DNA of 64,000 nucleotides from Acidobacteriota bacterium (GCA_965263035.1 OZ253580.1:2560001-2624000); one strand, 5' to 3'. Counted from the first letter of the stretch, positions 29,254-39,374 are shown. Numbers and translations are program-made. Notes: generated by a model from the letters alone, not told the origin.

Positions 29254-29451
29254 ATGGAATGGGAGCACAAGGGAATGCGCTTCGCCGTCTCGACCCAGGA
29301 GCTGGGCCCGCTGGTTCTGGCGTCGGCCCGGGTCGACGCCACGGGCCCCTACATCCGAATACGCCCTTTCTCCGCCATGGGCACCGACCGGGACGAAGCC
29401 ATCGAATTCCTGAAGAAGCAGATCCGGCTGGAGTTCCGGCGGCTGCCTTGA
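29254..29451 (+). CDS. small hypothetical protein
   Basis: Short co-oriented ORF with GC-rich third positions, closely following the thioesterase. Confidence 0.6.
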   Translation: MEWEHKGMRFAVSTQELGPLVLASARVDATGPYIRIRPFSAMGTDRDEAIEFLKKQIRLEFRRLP

Positions 29452-29514
29452 GGGGAGGGGGGGGAGGGGGGAGTGTTGGCCGTTCAGTTGGTGGTGGATT
29501 GGGTCTCTGGAGTT

Positions 29515-29594
29515 CGGCGGCAAGAAAGCCGCCGGTCCCAATCGGCGACAAGAAAGTCGCCGCTCCCATTCGGCGACAAGAAAGTCGCCGCTCC
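29515..29594 (+). repeat. three tandem REP-like palindromes, 28-bp period
   Basis: CGGCG(G/A)CAAGAAAG(C/T)CGCCG(G/C)TCC at 29515, 29543, 29571. Confidence 0.9.
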
Positions 29595-30488
29595 TTACAC
29601 CGCGGGCGCGTAATAACCGTTGCGGTGCCTGATGTTCAGCCCCTTGTCCCGGAACAGTTTGACCTCGATCTCCCTGAACTTGCCGTCACGGGTACGGTTT
29701 CTGGGAACGTACGTCAGGCTATATTGGGACCTGAGCTCTTCGTTGACGAGATCGAAGGTCTGCTGCAGTCCGTCGGCGGTGTAGGGAAAGAAAGCTCGTC
29801 CGCCCGTCTCGCGGGAGAGATTCCTCAGGATCTTCTCCCCTTTCTTCTGCTGATCGGCTCCGAAGCGGCTGGTGCCGATGCTGTAGACGGTCACCCCGGA
29901 GACGTGGATACCCCGCAGGACGTCCTCCATCGTGTGCTGGCTGTCCTGGTCGACCCCGTCGGAGATGACCACGATGGCCTGGCGGGTGTCGGGATCGGTC
30001 ATCTTCTGGGAGGAGACACTCATCAACGCGTCGAACAGCTTGGTTCCGCCTCCCGCCTTCAGTTCGCGGATCGCCTTGGCGATGGATCTGGGATTGGACG
30101 TGAAGTCGTGCAGGAGGGAGACGCCCGAATCGAACTCCACCAGGAGCACTTGATCCTGGGGGCGGAGGATGGAATGGACGAATCGGGTAGCGGCCCGCTT
30201 TTCGAACTCCAGCTTCAAGCGGACGCTGGAGCTGGTGTCGATGAGCAGACCGATACGCAAGGGCAGGGCGGTCTCGTGTCTGAAATTGGTGATGAACTGG
30301 CGCCGTCCGTCCTCGTAGATCTGGAACCGGTCCTTCTGGAGATTGGTGACGAACCGGTTCTTTTGATCGGTGACCGAAACCAGGATGTTGACGGCTTCGA
30401 CCTCGACCCGAATCGGGGTCTGCTGAAAGGCGCACAACATCCAGAGGCCGATCCAGAGAAGGGCGCGGGCAGGATGCATCCAGACCAA
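29595..30488 (-). CDS. VWA domain protein (acidobacterial VWFA-related type)
   Basis: IRVEVEAVNILVSVTD, MIDAS DTSSS, GGTKLFDA, VISDG, ETGGRAF, LRSQYSLTY. Confidence 0.88.
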   Translation of the reverse strand: MVWMHPARALLWIGLWMLCAFQQTPIRVEVEAVNILVSVTDQKNRFVTNLQKDRFQIYEDGRRQFITNFRHETALPLRIGLLIDTSSSVRLKLEFEKRAATRFVHSILRPQDQVLLVEFDSGVSLLHDFTSNPRSIAKAIRELKAGGGTKLFDALMSVSSQKMTDPDTRQAIVVISDGVDQDSQHTMEDVLRGIHVSGVTVYSIGTSRFGADQQKKGEKILRNLSRETGGRAFFPYTADGLQQTFDLVNEELRSQYSLTYVPRNRTRDGKFREIEVKLFRDKGLNIRHRNGYYAPAV

Positions 30489-30538
30489 TCTACAACAATT
30501 TACATTTGGCCGACAATTTTGTGAGAATACCGCCTACC

Positions 30539-31123
30539 ATGGGTTCCAGAGACGATCAGCTTCGCCTTCTCGACCGCATCGCCCGTCGGATCGTGGACGA
30601 ATGGTACGAGCGTGCCAAGCGGAGCTACGTCACCGAGGAAGACAGCCGGGACGTGGGTGTCGAACCCGAAGTCAAGAGATTCCATCGCCGCGGCAACCAT
30701 CGCATCAAGTTCTCCCGGCGGCGGGAACTGGAGGTCACCTACGGCCTGGGCGCGCTGAGGAAGGACACGCGGCTCTGCGTGGAGGCCAGCGTCAACAACA
30801 AGTCCGCCGGTTTCGACTACGATCTCTTCACGGGGCGGCTTCAGGACTACTACTGGGAATGCCGGCATGAGAAGCCATGGACCGACCCCGAGTTCGATCA
30901 CTTCAGCTTCAGCGATCTGCTCCACTTCGATCCCAGGATGTCCCACTCGGTCTCGCTGGACATCCGCAAGGACAAGGCCGACATCATTCGCCTGACCTTC
31001 GTCCTCGATTCACGCCCTGAGGATCGCCTCATGGGCCGTGTAGAACTCCTGAAGGACCTGTTGGAAACCTACTGTCTCGCCCCCTTGAGACGCATCTACG
31101 CCGAGTCTTACCGAGAGCGGTAG
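30539..31123 (+). CDS. hypothetical protein
   Basis: ORF with host-like codon usage; no motif recognised. Confidence 0.65.
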   Translation: MGSRDDQLRLLDRIARRIVDEWYERAKRSYVTEEDSRDVGVEPEVKRFHRRGNHRIKFSRRRELEVTYGLGALRKDTRLCVEASVNNKSAGFDYDLFTGRLQDYYWECRHEKPWTDPEFDHFSFSDLLHFDPRMSHSVSLDIRKDKADIIRLTFVLDSRPEDRLMGRVELLKDLLETYCLAPLRRIYAESYRER

Positions 31124-31144
31124 AAGCGGCTGAAAGAGCCCCGT

Positions 31145-31441
31145 ATGGACCAGTCCAAAATCGAACAGCAACGCCGGATTCAAGAGTTTCTGAACCGCGA
31201 CTACAGCTGGCGCCTGTCAGCGGGAGAATGCAACTTCCTGATTCAGCTCATCGCCTTTCTGGTGCAGGCGAATCCCCCGTTCGTCGTGAACGATGAAGGG
31301 GAGAAGGAACCGTTGAACTACCAGAGCATCCGATCCATGGTTCTGCTCAACGAGAAGCTCAGGGCCCAGTTGCAGGATTTCGCCTCCCGGGAATCGATCC
31401 TCATGGACGACATGGACCCGGTGACGGATCGGGTCCAGTAA
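31145..31441 (+). CDS. hypothetical protein
   Basis: 98-aa ORF co-oriented with the previous gene. Confidence 0.65.
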   Translation: MDQSKIEQQRRIQEFLNRDYSWRLSAGECNFLIQLIAFLVQANPPFVVNDEGEKEPLNYQSIRSMVLLNEKLRAQLQDFASRESILMDDMDPVTDRVQ

Positions 31442-31483
31442 CCGGCGCGGAATCCAGGGCCGGCGGCTTCCATCGGTCCCCGG

Positions 31484-32290
31484 TCACGGCTTCTTGCTGG
31501 TGGCCGCCAGTTCCGTCTCGACCCGAGGCAGGTTCTCCGCCGAACGCCCCCTCAGCGCCTGGAAGCGAACCACTTCCCCGACCACCAGAAGAGCGGGCGA
31601 GCGGATGTCCGCCTTCCGAGTCCGGCCGAAGATGTTCCTCAGGGTCCCGGTCGCTTCCTGTTGATTTTCCAGGGTGCCCGATCCGATGACTGCGGCCGGC
31701 GTGTCGAGCGGCCTTCCATGGACCACCAGTCGGGAGATGATCTGCTTGAGGTTTCCCAAGGGCATGAGGAAGACGACGGTGTCGGCCCGGCCGGCCAGTT
31801 CCCAGGATGGATTCCGGCCGGTACCTGAGGCGCGATGCCCGCTCAGGACCAGGACGGACGAGGAGAGCTCCCGGTGGGTCAGGGGAATCCCGGAAGCGGT
31901 GGGAACCCCGAAAGCGGCGCTGACCCCAGGGACGATCTCGAAGGGGACCTGGTGAGCCGACAAGTACTCCATCTCCTCCCCGCCCCGGCCGAAGATGAGG
32001 GGATCCCCTCCCTGGAGACGGACCACCTCTTTCCCGGCGCGGGCCCGAGATACCATCAGCTCATGGATCTTCTCTTGGGAGAAACCGTAGTGCCCCCCCT
32101 TCTTTCCCACCGGAATGGCCTCGGCGGAATCGGGAATCAGGTCCAGGACCCTGGAATCGACGAGCCGGTCGTAGATGACCACATCGGCACGGCTCAGGCA
32201 ACGGACCGCCTTGACCGTCAGCAGTTCCGGGTCTCCTGGGCCGGCGCCCACCACGACGACACGTCCGGTGCGGGGCCGGAGGATCTTCAT
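31484..32290 (-). CDS. cobA: uroporphyrinogen-III C-methyltransferase
   Basis: VGAGPGDPELLT, GGDPLIFGRGGEE, GIPLTHR. Confidence 0.93.
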   Translation of the reverse strand: MKILRPRTGRVVVVGAGPGDPELLTVKAVRCLSRADVVIYDRLVDSRVLDLIPDSAEAIPVGKKGGHYGFSQEKIHELMVSRARAGKEVVRLQGGDPLIFGRGGEEMEYLSAHQVPFEIVPGVSAAFGVPTASGIPLTHRELSSSVLVLSGHRASGTGRNPSWELAGRADTVVFLMPLGNLKQIISRLVVHGRPLDTPAAVIGSGTLENQQEATGTLRNIFGRTRKADIRSPALLVVGEVVRFQALRGRSAENLPRVETELAATSKKP

Positions 32291-32862
32291 TGCAAGCCTT
32301 CCTCGAGCCGGGACCGGACCGCCGCCACACCGTGGCAACGGGCGGTTTCCAGAAGCTCCGGATCCCTCACCATCCGATTATAGTACTCACTCCGCTCCCG
32401 AAAGGAGCTGAGGCGCTCTTTGACCAGTGGCCGAACCTCTCCCAGAGCCCGGACCAGATCTCCGTACTCGGGTCCGAACTGCGCTTCGAGCTGTTGCCGG
32501 ATCTTGCGCGCCAGGGCCGGGCTCTTGCCGGAGGTCGAAATGGCCAGAACCAGATCTCCGCGCCGAGCGATGGCCGGAGCGATGAAACCGCAGTTGGGCG
32601 TCTGGTCGACCACGTTCACCAGAATCCCCCTCCGGTCGGCGAACTCCTTGATCCGGCGGCCCAGACCGGGATCGTCGGTGACGGCCACGATCAGGAAGAC
32701 ATTGCTCCGATCCGGATCGAAAGCGGGGTTCCGGAGGACCCGGGCGCCGGCCTGCTCCAGACCCCTCGCCTTCTCGTCGGCAAGTTCTCCCTCGCCGATC
32801 ACCAGGCACGAACGGTCTCGAAGGTCCAGGAATACGGGGTAGTAGACGGGAGGGTTCGCCAT
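32287..32862 (-). CDS. precorrin-2 dehydrogenase/sirohydrochlorin ferrochelatase (CysG N-terminal type)
   Basis: YYPVFLDL, VNVVD..CGFIAP, AISTSGKSPALA; adjacent to cobA. Confidence 0.9.
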   Translation of the reverse strand: MANPPVYYPVFLDLRDRSCLVIGEGELADEKARGLEQAGARVLRNPAFDPDRSNVFLIVAVTDDPGLGRRIKEFADRRGILVNVVDQTPNCGFIAPAIARRGDLVLAISTSGKSPALARKIRQQLEAQFGPEYGDLVRALGEVRPLVKERLSSFRERSEYYNRMVRDPELLETARCHGVAAVRSRLEEGLQ

Positions 32863-32977
32863 GGATTAATTCCGATCGGTTTAGTGCAAAATAGCCGAGC
32901 TGGAGGCTTCCTGTAAAGCTGAGACGTCGCTTCCGTAGTAGACTGGAGGACAACCTGAGAACATTGGAGAAACAGGG

Positions 32978-33340
32978 ATGAAACGAAGAGCTTTTTTGGT
33001 TTCCTGGCTGCTGTTCCCGCTCGCTCCCGGCGCGGCGTTCGCGGCGGCGGGTGAGCCGCCCGCGACACCCACCGATCTCAAGGGCGTCAAGCGCTTCAAG
33101 GGCGCCATGGCCACCACCGAGCTGACCTGGAAAGACCGCTCCGACAATGAACTGGGGTTCGAGATTCTCCGCTCCAACGCCGGGGCCGAGTTCCGGGTCG
33201 TCGGGATCGTGGGCGCCAACTCGTCTCGCTACCGGGATGAGATCGGCAAGTACGTCACGGGGGCCTTTTCCTACAGGGTGCGAGGATTCAACCGGAACGG
33301 CAAGGGAAAGACTTCCAACACCGTCTCTCTGCTATTCTGA
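32978..33340 (+). CDS. secreted fibronectin type III-like protein
   Basis: Signal peptide; PATPTDL, LTWKDRSDNELGFEILRS, YRVRGFN. Confidence 0.7.
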   Translation: MKRRAFLVSWLLFPLAPGAAFAAAGEPPATPTDLKGVKRFKGAMATTELTWKDRSDNELGFEILRSNAGAEFRVVGIVGANSSRYRDEIGKYVTGAFSYRVRGFNRNGKGKTSNTVSLLF

Positions 33341-33382
33341 ATCGGAGTTTACCCTCTTGCATGCAGGGGGAAACCGGAGGCC

Positions 33383-33404
33383 GGGTGACTGAAAGTCGCC
33401 CCTC
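33383..33404 (+). repeat. REP-like palindrome (degenerate)
   Basis: GGGTGACTGAAAGTCGCCCCTCC. Confidence 0.65.
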
Positions 33405-33440
33405 CCAGTTCGCCCCCTGCCCGGAAGGGGGCGCCGAATC

Positions 33441-34397
33441 ATGGGCGGCCAGAATCATTCCAACCGATTCGTCTCCTTCAATCTGGAGCCGACCTTCCGC
33501 TGCAACCTGGAATGCGAAATATGCCCCCGATTCTCCAGCGAGGATCCCCATCTGGACATGTCCATGGAGACCTATCTCAGGATCCGGCAGGACATGATCC
33601 ACGCCCACACGGTGGATTTCACGGGCTGGGGAGAACCCATGCTGCACCGGAAGATCTATCGGATGGTGCGGATGGCAAAGGAACAGGGCTGCGTCACCAG
33701 CATGACCTCCAATGGGACCATCTTGAATCGGCGGAATTCGACGGCCCTGATCGAGGCGGGGATGGACCGGCTTACCATTTCTGTGGACGGCATGACGGAA
33801 GCGACCTACAACAGCATCCGTCTGGGAGCCTCGTTCGAGACGGTCACGAAGAAGGTGATGGAGTTCGCTCGACTGGTGAGGGAGACACGCAGCTCGTTGC
33901 TGCTGGGGATCGCGTTCACCCTCCAGGAGCAGAATGCTCACGAGCTGGATCTGGTGCTCCCCTGGATGGAGTCCTGTGGAGCCCGCGTACTTCATCTGAA
34001 GCAGTTGAACGTGGTCTCCAACTCATGGGACTGGGAACAGAGCTTTCTCAAGTACCGATTGGGACCGGGTCCCACCGGCGCCGCCCCTCTGGAAGAACTG
34101 GAGCGCCGCATCTCCCGGCTGCTGGATCAGGCTCGGCGAATGGGTATCGAGGTGGCGCTCCACTCCGAGTTCCCCATGAGTTCCCGGATGACTCCACGCC
34201 ATTGCCTGGCCACACCGCTGGAGTCGATCTACTTCTCGTACGAGGGCAGAATGGCCCCGTGTTGTCACTTCGGCCATCACGTGAGCCGGTATTTCGAGGG
34301 ACGGCTGGAGCCTCCCTCCTCCCTCTTCTACGGGGACATTCGCAAGCAGACTTTTAGAGTGAAGAGGAGCCGTTCGTCAGGGGGTCGGATATGGTGA
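33441..34397 (+). CDS. radical SAM protein with apparently truncated SPASM/twitch domain
   Basis: CNLECEIC, GWGEP, TSNGT; C-terminal HCLA..GRMAPCC..YGDI followed by an abrupt end. Confidence 0.8.
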   Translation: MGGQNHSNRFVSFNLEPTFRCNLECEICPRFSSEDPHLDMSMETYLRIRQDMIHAHTVDFTGWGEPMLHRKIYRMVRMAKEQGCVTSMTSNGTILNRRNSTALIEAGMDRLTISVDGMTEATYNSIRLGASFETVTKKVMEFARLVRETRSSLLLGIAFTLQEQNAHELDLVLPWMESCGARVLHLKQLNVVSNSWDWEQSFLKYRLGPGPTGAAPLEELERRISRLLDQARRMGIEVALHSEFPMSSRMTPRHCLATPLESIYFSYEGRMAPCCHFGHHVSRYFEGRLEPPSSLFYGDIRKQTFRVKRSRSSGGRIW

Positions 34398-34513
34398 CGC
34401 ATCTCTTCGGATTCTCAGCGGAGCCGCGTCTCCAGTTTCTGCACTGATCTTCCCCAACACACGCCTGGGCACACCCTCCTCCGACGGCATTTCCGCCGGG
34501 GGAGCCCACGCCG

Positions 34514-37111
34514 TTACACCCGTCTCGACCTGCCGCCTCTCTTCACTCTTTTCTCTTTCCTCTTTCCTTTCCCTCTGGCCTGGTCTCGTTTCAGACGTCG
34601 ATTGAGAAGCTCCACGGCGAGGGGGACGTCCACGTCGGCCGGGTCCACGCCCTTCCCGATGGAGGCGTTGACCTTTCCGTGCTTGACGTACGGCCCGTAG
34701 CGCCCCTTGAAGATCTCGATGGGGACCCCGTCATCCGGATGCTTTCCGATCTCCCGGATTCTGGTCCTGGCGCCCCGCTTGGGGGCTGAGAGCAGTTCCA
34801 GCGCCCGTTCCAGTTCGATCGCGAACAGATTGTCCCCGGGGGCAAGGCTGCGAAAGTCCCGGTTGTGCACCACGTAAGGCCCGTAGCGTCCCAAGCCGGC
34901 TCTTACCGGCTCTCCCGTGTCCGGATGCTCTCCGACCAAGCGGGGCAGCGCCAGCAGGCGCAGGGCCAGATCCAACGTCACCTCTTCAGGAGCCGTGCCC
35001 GGCGTCAGTCCTTGGCGGGGCGGCTTTTTCCCCCGCTGCACTTCGCCTCGCTGAACGTAATGGCCAAAGCGGCCATCCACGAGGTAGATGGAATCTCCCG
35101 TCTCCGGATCCTTACCGAGCTCGGCCGGCCCCTGGTCGCGGCGGCGCAGGATCTCATCCGCCTGCTCGGCGGTGAGGTCGGCGGGGAGCATGCCCTCCGG
35201 GAGAGGAGCAGTCCGCCGGCTTTCGGGCCCGTCATCTTCCAGATAGGGACCGTACCGGCCGATCCGGACTCGCGGCGTGACGCCGGCGAGTTGGACGGTG
35301 GAAGCGACACGGGGGTCGATGTTGTCCTGTTGCGTCGTCAACCGCGCCTCGAATCCCTCCTCTCCCTTGTAGAAGCCTTTCAGATACTCTCGCCAGTCGA
35401 CTTCGCCCCGGGCGATATCGTCCAAAGACTCCTCCATTCTGGCTGTGAAGCCCATATCGACCAGGTCTGGAAAGTGGTTCTCCATCAAGAGAGTCACGGC
35501 AAAGGCAATGAAGGTCGGATGTAGATTCTTCTTCTTGAGCTCGGCATAGCCGCGGTTCTGGATGGTCGTTATGATCGCCGCGTAGGTGGACGGACGACCG
35601 ATCCCCTTCTCCTCCAACGCCTTCACCAACGCGGCTTCGGTGTAGCGGGCGGGCGGCTTGGTGCGGCGCTCGAAACTCTCCAGCTTCCTGAGATCCAACT
35701 CCTGCCCTTCGACCAGGTCCGGAAGGAGGATTTCCTTGTCTTCCAACACCGCGTCCGGGTCATCGGACCCTTCCACATAGGCCCGGAGAAATCCCGGAAA
35801 TTCGATGGTTTTGCCCCGGGCGCGAAATCCAGCCTCGGCCGCGCCGATGATGGCGGTCACGCGTCGCTGGCGCGAGGCGGCCATTTGCGTCGCCACCGCC
35901 CGGCGCCACACGAGTTCATACAGCGCCCGCTCCTTCCCGAAGAGATCGAGCTCGGCCGCCGTGTTCATCTTGGCCCCGGCCGGCCGAATCGCTTCGTGCG
36001 CCTCTTGGGCCGAACTCGAACGGGTCCGATAACTCCGCGGCCCGGGACTCAGGTATTCGCGCCCGTAGCGAGCCTTGACGGCGGAGCGGATCTGGGAGAC
36101 GGCATCGCCCGAGAGGTTGACCGAATCGGTGCGCATGTAGGTGATCAGCCCTCTCTCGTAGAGCCGCTGCGCCACTATCATGGTATCCCGCGCGCCCAGA
36201 TTCAGCTTGCGGTTGGCTTCCTGCTGAAGGGTGGCCGTGGTGAAAGGCGGGGCCGGATTGGTCTTGAAGAGCTTTTTCTCTACCGACCGGACTCGGAACG
36301 TCTCATCCGCCAGTCGCCTTTTGAGACTGTCCACCAGTTCGTTGTCGACCAGGAGGACCTTGCGTCTGGCCTTCAACCTGCCCGTGGCCTGATCGAAGTC
36401 GCGGCCCGTCGCCGTCCGCTGGCCGTCTACTTCCACGAGACTGGCGGCGAAAGGCACATTGTTACGGACACCCTGTTCGGGATGGGAAAGCCTGTCGTCC
36501 GCCGCCAAGTGAGCCTTGAGGTCCCAGTAGACTGCCGAGTGGAACGCCCGGCGCGCCCGCTCCCGTTTCACCAGAAGCCTCACGGCTACGGACTGGACGC
36601 GGCCCGCCGAGAGGCCGGGCTTGATCTTCTTCCAGAGCAGCGGCGAGAGCTTGTATCCGACGAGCCGGTCCAGCACTCGGCGGGCTTGCTGGGCGTCGAC
36701 CCGGTCCGTGTCGATTTCGCCGGGGTGTTCCATGGCCGCCCTGACGGCCCGCGGCGTAATCTCGTTGAAGGACACCCGTCGGAAGCGTCCGGCATTCGAC
36801 TGTTTTCCGGCGCCGAGCGCCTGGGCGATGTGGTAGGCGATGGCCTCTCCCTCGCGGTCCGGATCGGTCGCCAGGAGGATCCGGTCGGCTTGTTTGGCGG
36901 CCGCCCGCAGTTTCCGGAGCACGGGTCCCTTGCCTTCGATGGTCACGTACTCCGGCTCGAATCCGGCCTCGACGTCCACTCCCAGACCCTTCTTGGGCAG
37001 GTCGCGCACGTGGCCGACCGACGCCTCGACTCTGTATCCGTCGTCGAGGTATCTCCCCAACGTCCTCGCCTTGGCGGGCGACTCCACGATCACCAGATCA
37101 GTCACGGTCAA
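34514..37111 (-). CDS. topA: DNA topoisomerase I
   Basis: LVIVESPAKA, ATDPDREGE, SAGRVQS, ITYMRTDS, AHEAIRP, C-terminal GRYGPY repeats. Confidence 0.96.
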   Translation of the reverse strand: MTVTDLVIVESPAKARTLGRYLDDGYRVEASVGHVRDLPKKGLGVDVEAGFEPEYVTIEGKGPVLRKLRAAAKQADRILLATDPDREGEAIAYHIAQALGAGKQSNAGRFRRVSFNEITPRAVRAAMEHPGEIDTDRVDAQQARRVLDRLVGYKLSPLLWKKIKPGLSAGRVQSVAVRLLVKRERARRAFHSAVYWDLKAHLAADDRLSHPEQGVRNNVPFAASLVEVDGQRTATGRDFDQATGRLKARRKVLLVDNELVDSLKRRLADETFRVRSVEKKLFKTNPAPPFTTATLQQEANRKLNLGARDTMIVAQRLYERGLITYMRTDSVNLSGDAVSQIRSAVKARYGREYLSPGPRSYRTRSSSAQEAHEAIRPAGAKMNTAAELDLFGKERALYELVWRRAVATQMAASRQRRVTAIIGAAEAGFRARGKTIEFPGFLRAYVEGSDDPDAVLEDKEILLPDLVEGQELDLRKLESFERRTKPPARYTEAALVKALEEKGIGRPSTYAAIITTIQNRGYAELKKKNLHPTFIAFAVTLLMENHFPDLVDMGFTARMEESLDDIARGEVDWREYLKGFYKGEEGFEARLTTQQDNIDPRVASTVQLAGVTPRVRIGRYGPYLEDDGPESRRTAPLPEGMLPADLTAEQADEILRRRDQGPAELGKDPETGDSIYLVDGRFGHYVQRGEVQRGKKPPRQGLTPGTAPEEVTLDLALRLLALPRLVGEHPDTGEPVRAGLGRYGPYVVHNRDFRSLAPGDNLFAIELERALELLSAPKRGARTRIREIGKHPDDGVPIEIFKGRYGPYVKHGKVNASIGKGVDPADVDVPLAVELLNRRLKRDQARGKGKRKEKRVKRGGRSRRV

Positions 37112-37215
37112 GCTGTCCTTTCCTTCTCAAGTCTGCGGCCGACGGCGCAACGGCGACCGTCCAAGCCGTCCCTTCTATAGCACAAGCGTCTCCGTCGAGA
37201 GCAAAAAAGATCGGA

Positions 37216-38319
37216 TCAGGACAGGCGCCGGCTGTATTGGCGGCCTGGACTCTGCCGGATCAGACCCTTGAGCTCCAGACTCAGAAGGATGTCGCTGAGC
37301 CGGGAAAGGTGCAGACCCGATTGGGCCAGGATGGCGTCGATGTGAAGCGTCGAATCGACGGCCAACAGGGTCAGCACTTCCTTTTCTCCAGCGGTGGTCT
37401 GAGGCGCCGGAGAGGGCTCGGCGTCCTTGGTCCCGAGCCGTTCCAAGACAGAGCGTGGGAGCTCTTCCAGCACGTCCTGGACCGACAGGACCGGTTTGGC
37501 CCCTTGTTGGATCAACCAGTTGGGACCCCAGCTCAGGGGCAGAGTGATAGCTCCTGGAACCGCCCAGACGTCCCGCCCCTGCTCCAGGGCGAGGTTCGCG
37601 GTGATGATTGATCCGGACCCCTTGGCCGCTTGCGTGACGACGGTCCCGTGTGCGAGTCCACTGATGATCCGGTTGCGGGCCGGGAAGTGGTGGCGCGCCG
37701 GGGGACTGCCGCGAGGAAACTCGCTGACCAGGCAACCCTGTTCCCGCACGCGGCGAAACAACTCCCCGTTTTCCGGGGGGTAGACCACGTCGATGCCGCA
37801 GCCCAGGACCCCGATCGTCCGACCTTCCTCCTGGAGAGCTCCCCAATGGGCCTCCGAATCGACGCCGCGGGCCAGTCCACTCACCACGCAGAGTCCCAGG
37901 GCCGAGAGTTCCCGGGCCAGCTTGCGGCTGACCTCCTTCCCGTAGACGGTGGGACGGCGAGAGCCCACCAACGCCACCGAGGGTTCGGACAGGGTCTCGA
38001 CCCTTCCGGCACAATAGAGGGCCGGAGGGGGATCGTGAATCTGCCGGAGGATGTGAGGGTAAAGGGGACTGTCCAGGGTGACCAACTGAAGGCCCAGACG
38101 TGCAAGCCGCCCCAGTTCCCGTTCGGCCGCCCGGATCGCGGACCCGCCGGCGATGGCGCCGATGGACTTTTCCGGCAGGCGGAGGCTTTGGAGAGATTTC
38201 CTGGACAGGCGGAAAAAGGATGACAACGGCCGCTCCTCCTTGATCAGGGACCGGATGACACGGCGAGGCAGTCCGGGGACGCGGGACAGAGCCAGCCAGA
38301 GCAGGGATTCCTGGTTCAT
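37216..38319 (-). CDS. dprA: DNA-processing protein DprA
   Basis: VVSGLARGVD, HFPARNRIISGL, SGSIITA; upstream of topA. Confidence 0.95.
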   Translation of the reverse strand: MNQESLLWLALSRVPGLPRRVIRSLIKEERPLSSFFRLSRKSLQSLRLPEKSIGAIAGGSAIRAAERELGRLARLGLQLVTLDSPLYPHILRQIHDPPPALYCAGRVETLSEPSVALVGSRRPTVYGKEVSRKLARELSALGLCVVSGLARGVDSEAHWGALQEEGRTIGVLGCGIDVVYPPENGELFRRVREQGCLVSEFPRGSPPARHHFPARNRIISGLAHGTVVTQAAKGSGSIITANLALEQGRDVWAVPGAITLPLSWGPNWLIQQGAKPVLSVQDVLEELPRSVLERLGTKDAEPSPAPQTTAGEKEVLTLLAVDSTLHIDAILAQSGLHLSRLSDILLSLELKGLIRQSPGRQYSRRLS

Positions 38320-38425
38320 TTCTTATTGATAACGCTGGCGGTGCAATATCCGTGGAGAAGAGGGGCTGTAGAGGGGACTTTGGAGGGGGGAGGAGTGTAA
38401 AGGGGGGACTGCTGTTATCCTTGAT

Positions 38426-38474
38426 CGGCGGTAAGAAAACCGCCGCTCCATGGCGACAGGAAAGTCGCCGCTCC
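38426..38474 (+). repeat. two tandem REP-like palindromes
   Basis: CGGCGGTAAGAAAACCGCCGCTCC and GGCGACAGGAAAGTCGCCGCTCC. Confidence 0.85.
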
Positions 38475-38528
38475 TTGGCGGCTTTCACACCGGACTGCTA
38501 ACCTCTATTCCGCTTTTCGGAGTCGACT

Positions 38529-39374
38529 TTGCCGGGGGGGAAAGACAGCTTGCCGTTGCGGGTTTCGTTCATCGAGTTCCTCAACGCGGTGCCGCTGGGA
38601 TGGGGATTCATGGAGGGGCAGCACTCCGGGATCCTGAGTGTCGCTTTCGACGTTCCTTCCGAGTGTGCCCGCCGGCTGGCCGCCGGCGAGGCGGACGTGG
38701 GGCTGATTCCGGTCATCGAGTGCGGCCGCATCCCCGGGCTGAGAGTCCTTCCCGATATCTGCATCGCTTCCAGGCAGGAGGTCAAGAGCGTCCTGTTCGT
38801 GAGCAAGGTGCCGATATCCCAGGTCTCCCGTCTGGCCGTGGACCGGTCCAGCCGCACTTCCGTCGCGCTCCTGAGGATCATTCTGGAGAGGTTCCACGGC
38901 CGGGACTCCATCGAGTACGTGGTGGAGGATCCGGATCCTGAGAGAATGTTGGAGCGTTACGACGGGGCGCTGGTCATCGGAAACGCCGCCATGCAGGTTT
39001 CGGGCGGTTCCCTCAGTGTCTACGACCTGGCCGCCGAATGGTTTCGGTTCACCGGTCTTCCCTTCGTCTTCGCCGTCTGGGCGGTGCGTCCCGAGGTGAC
39101 TCTGGGGGAGCGGCTCCGCCTCTTCTACGAGTCCCGGGAGAGGGGTCTGCGGTCCATCGAAACCATCTCCCGGCTCTATGCCGGCAGGCTGGGACTGGAG
39201 CTGGCAGAGGTGCGAGAATATCTACTCAATCTCAACTACGTCCTGGACGACAGCAGCCGTCGAGGTCTGACGACCTTTCTCGACCTGGCCTGGGAAATGG
39301 GCCTGATTCCGTCGGCTCCGGAGCTGGAATACTATCCCCTTCCGGCCCCGCTCCGGACCGCAAGCAAAGGTTGA
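38529..39374 (+). CDS. mqnA: chorismate dehydratase (futalosine menaquinone pathway)
   Basis: FLNAVPL, SRTSVAL, TGLPFVFAVW. Confidence 0.85.
   Translation: MPGGKDSLPLRVSFIEFLNAVPLGWGFMEGQHSGILSVAFDVPSECARRLAAGEADVGLIPVIECGRIPGLRVLPDICIASRQEVKSVLFVSKVPISQVSRLAVDRSSRTSVALLRIILERFHGRDSIEYVVEDPDPERMLERYDGALVIGNAAMQVSGGSLSVYDLAAEWFRFTGLPFVFAVWAVRPEVTLGERLRLFYESRERGLRSIETISRLYAGRLGLELAEVREYLLNLNYVLDDSSRRGLTTFLDLAWEMGLIPSAPELEYYPLPAPLRTASKG

Noticed and set aside
29515-29594. Possible mini CRISPR array
   Set aside because: Units are separated by only 4 bp, there are no unique spacers or cas genes, and the unit is the dispersed REP-like palindrome
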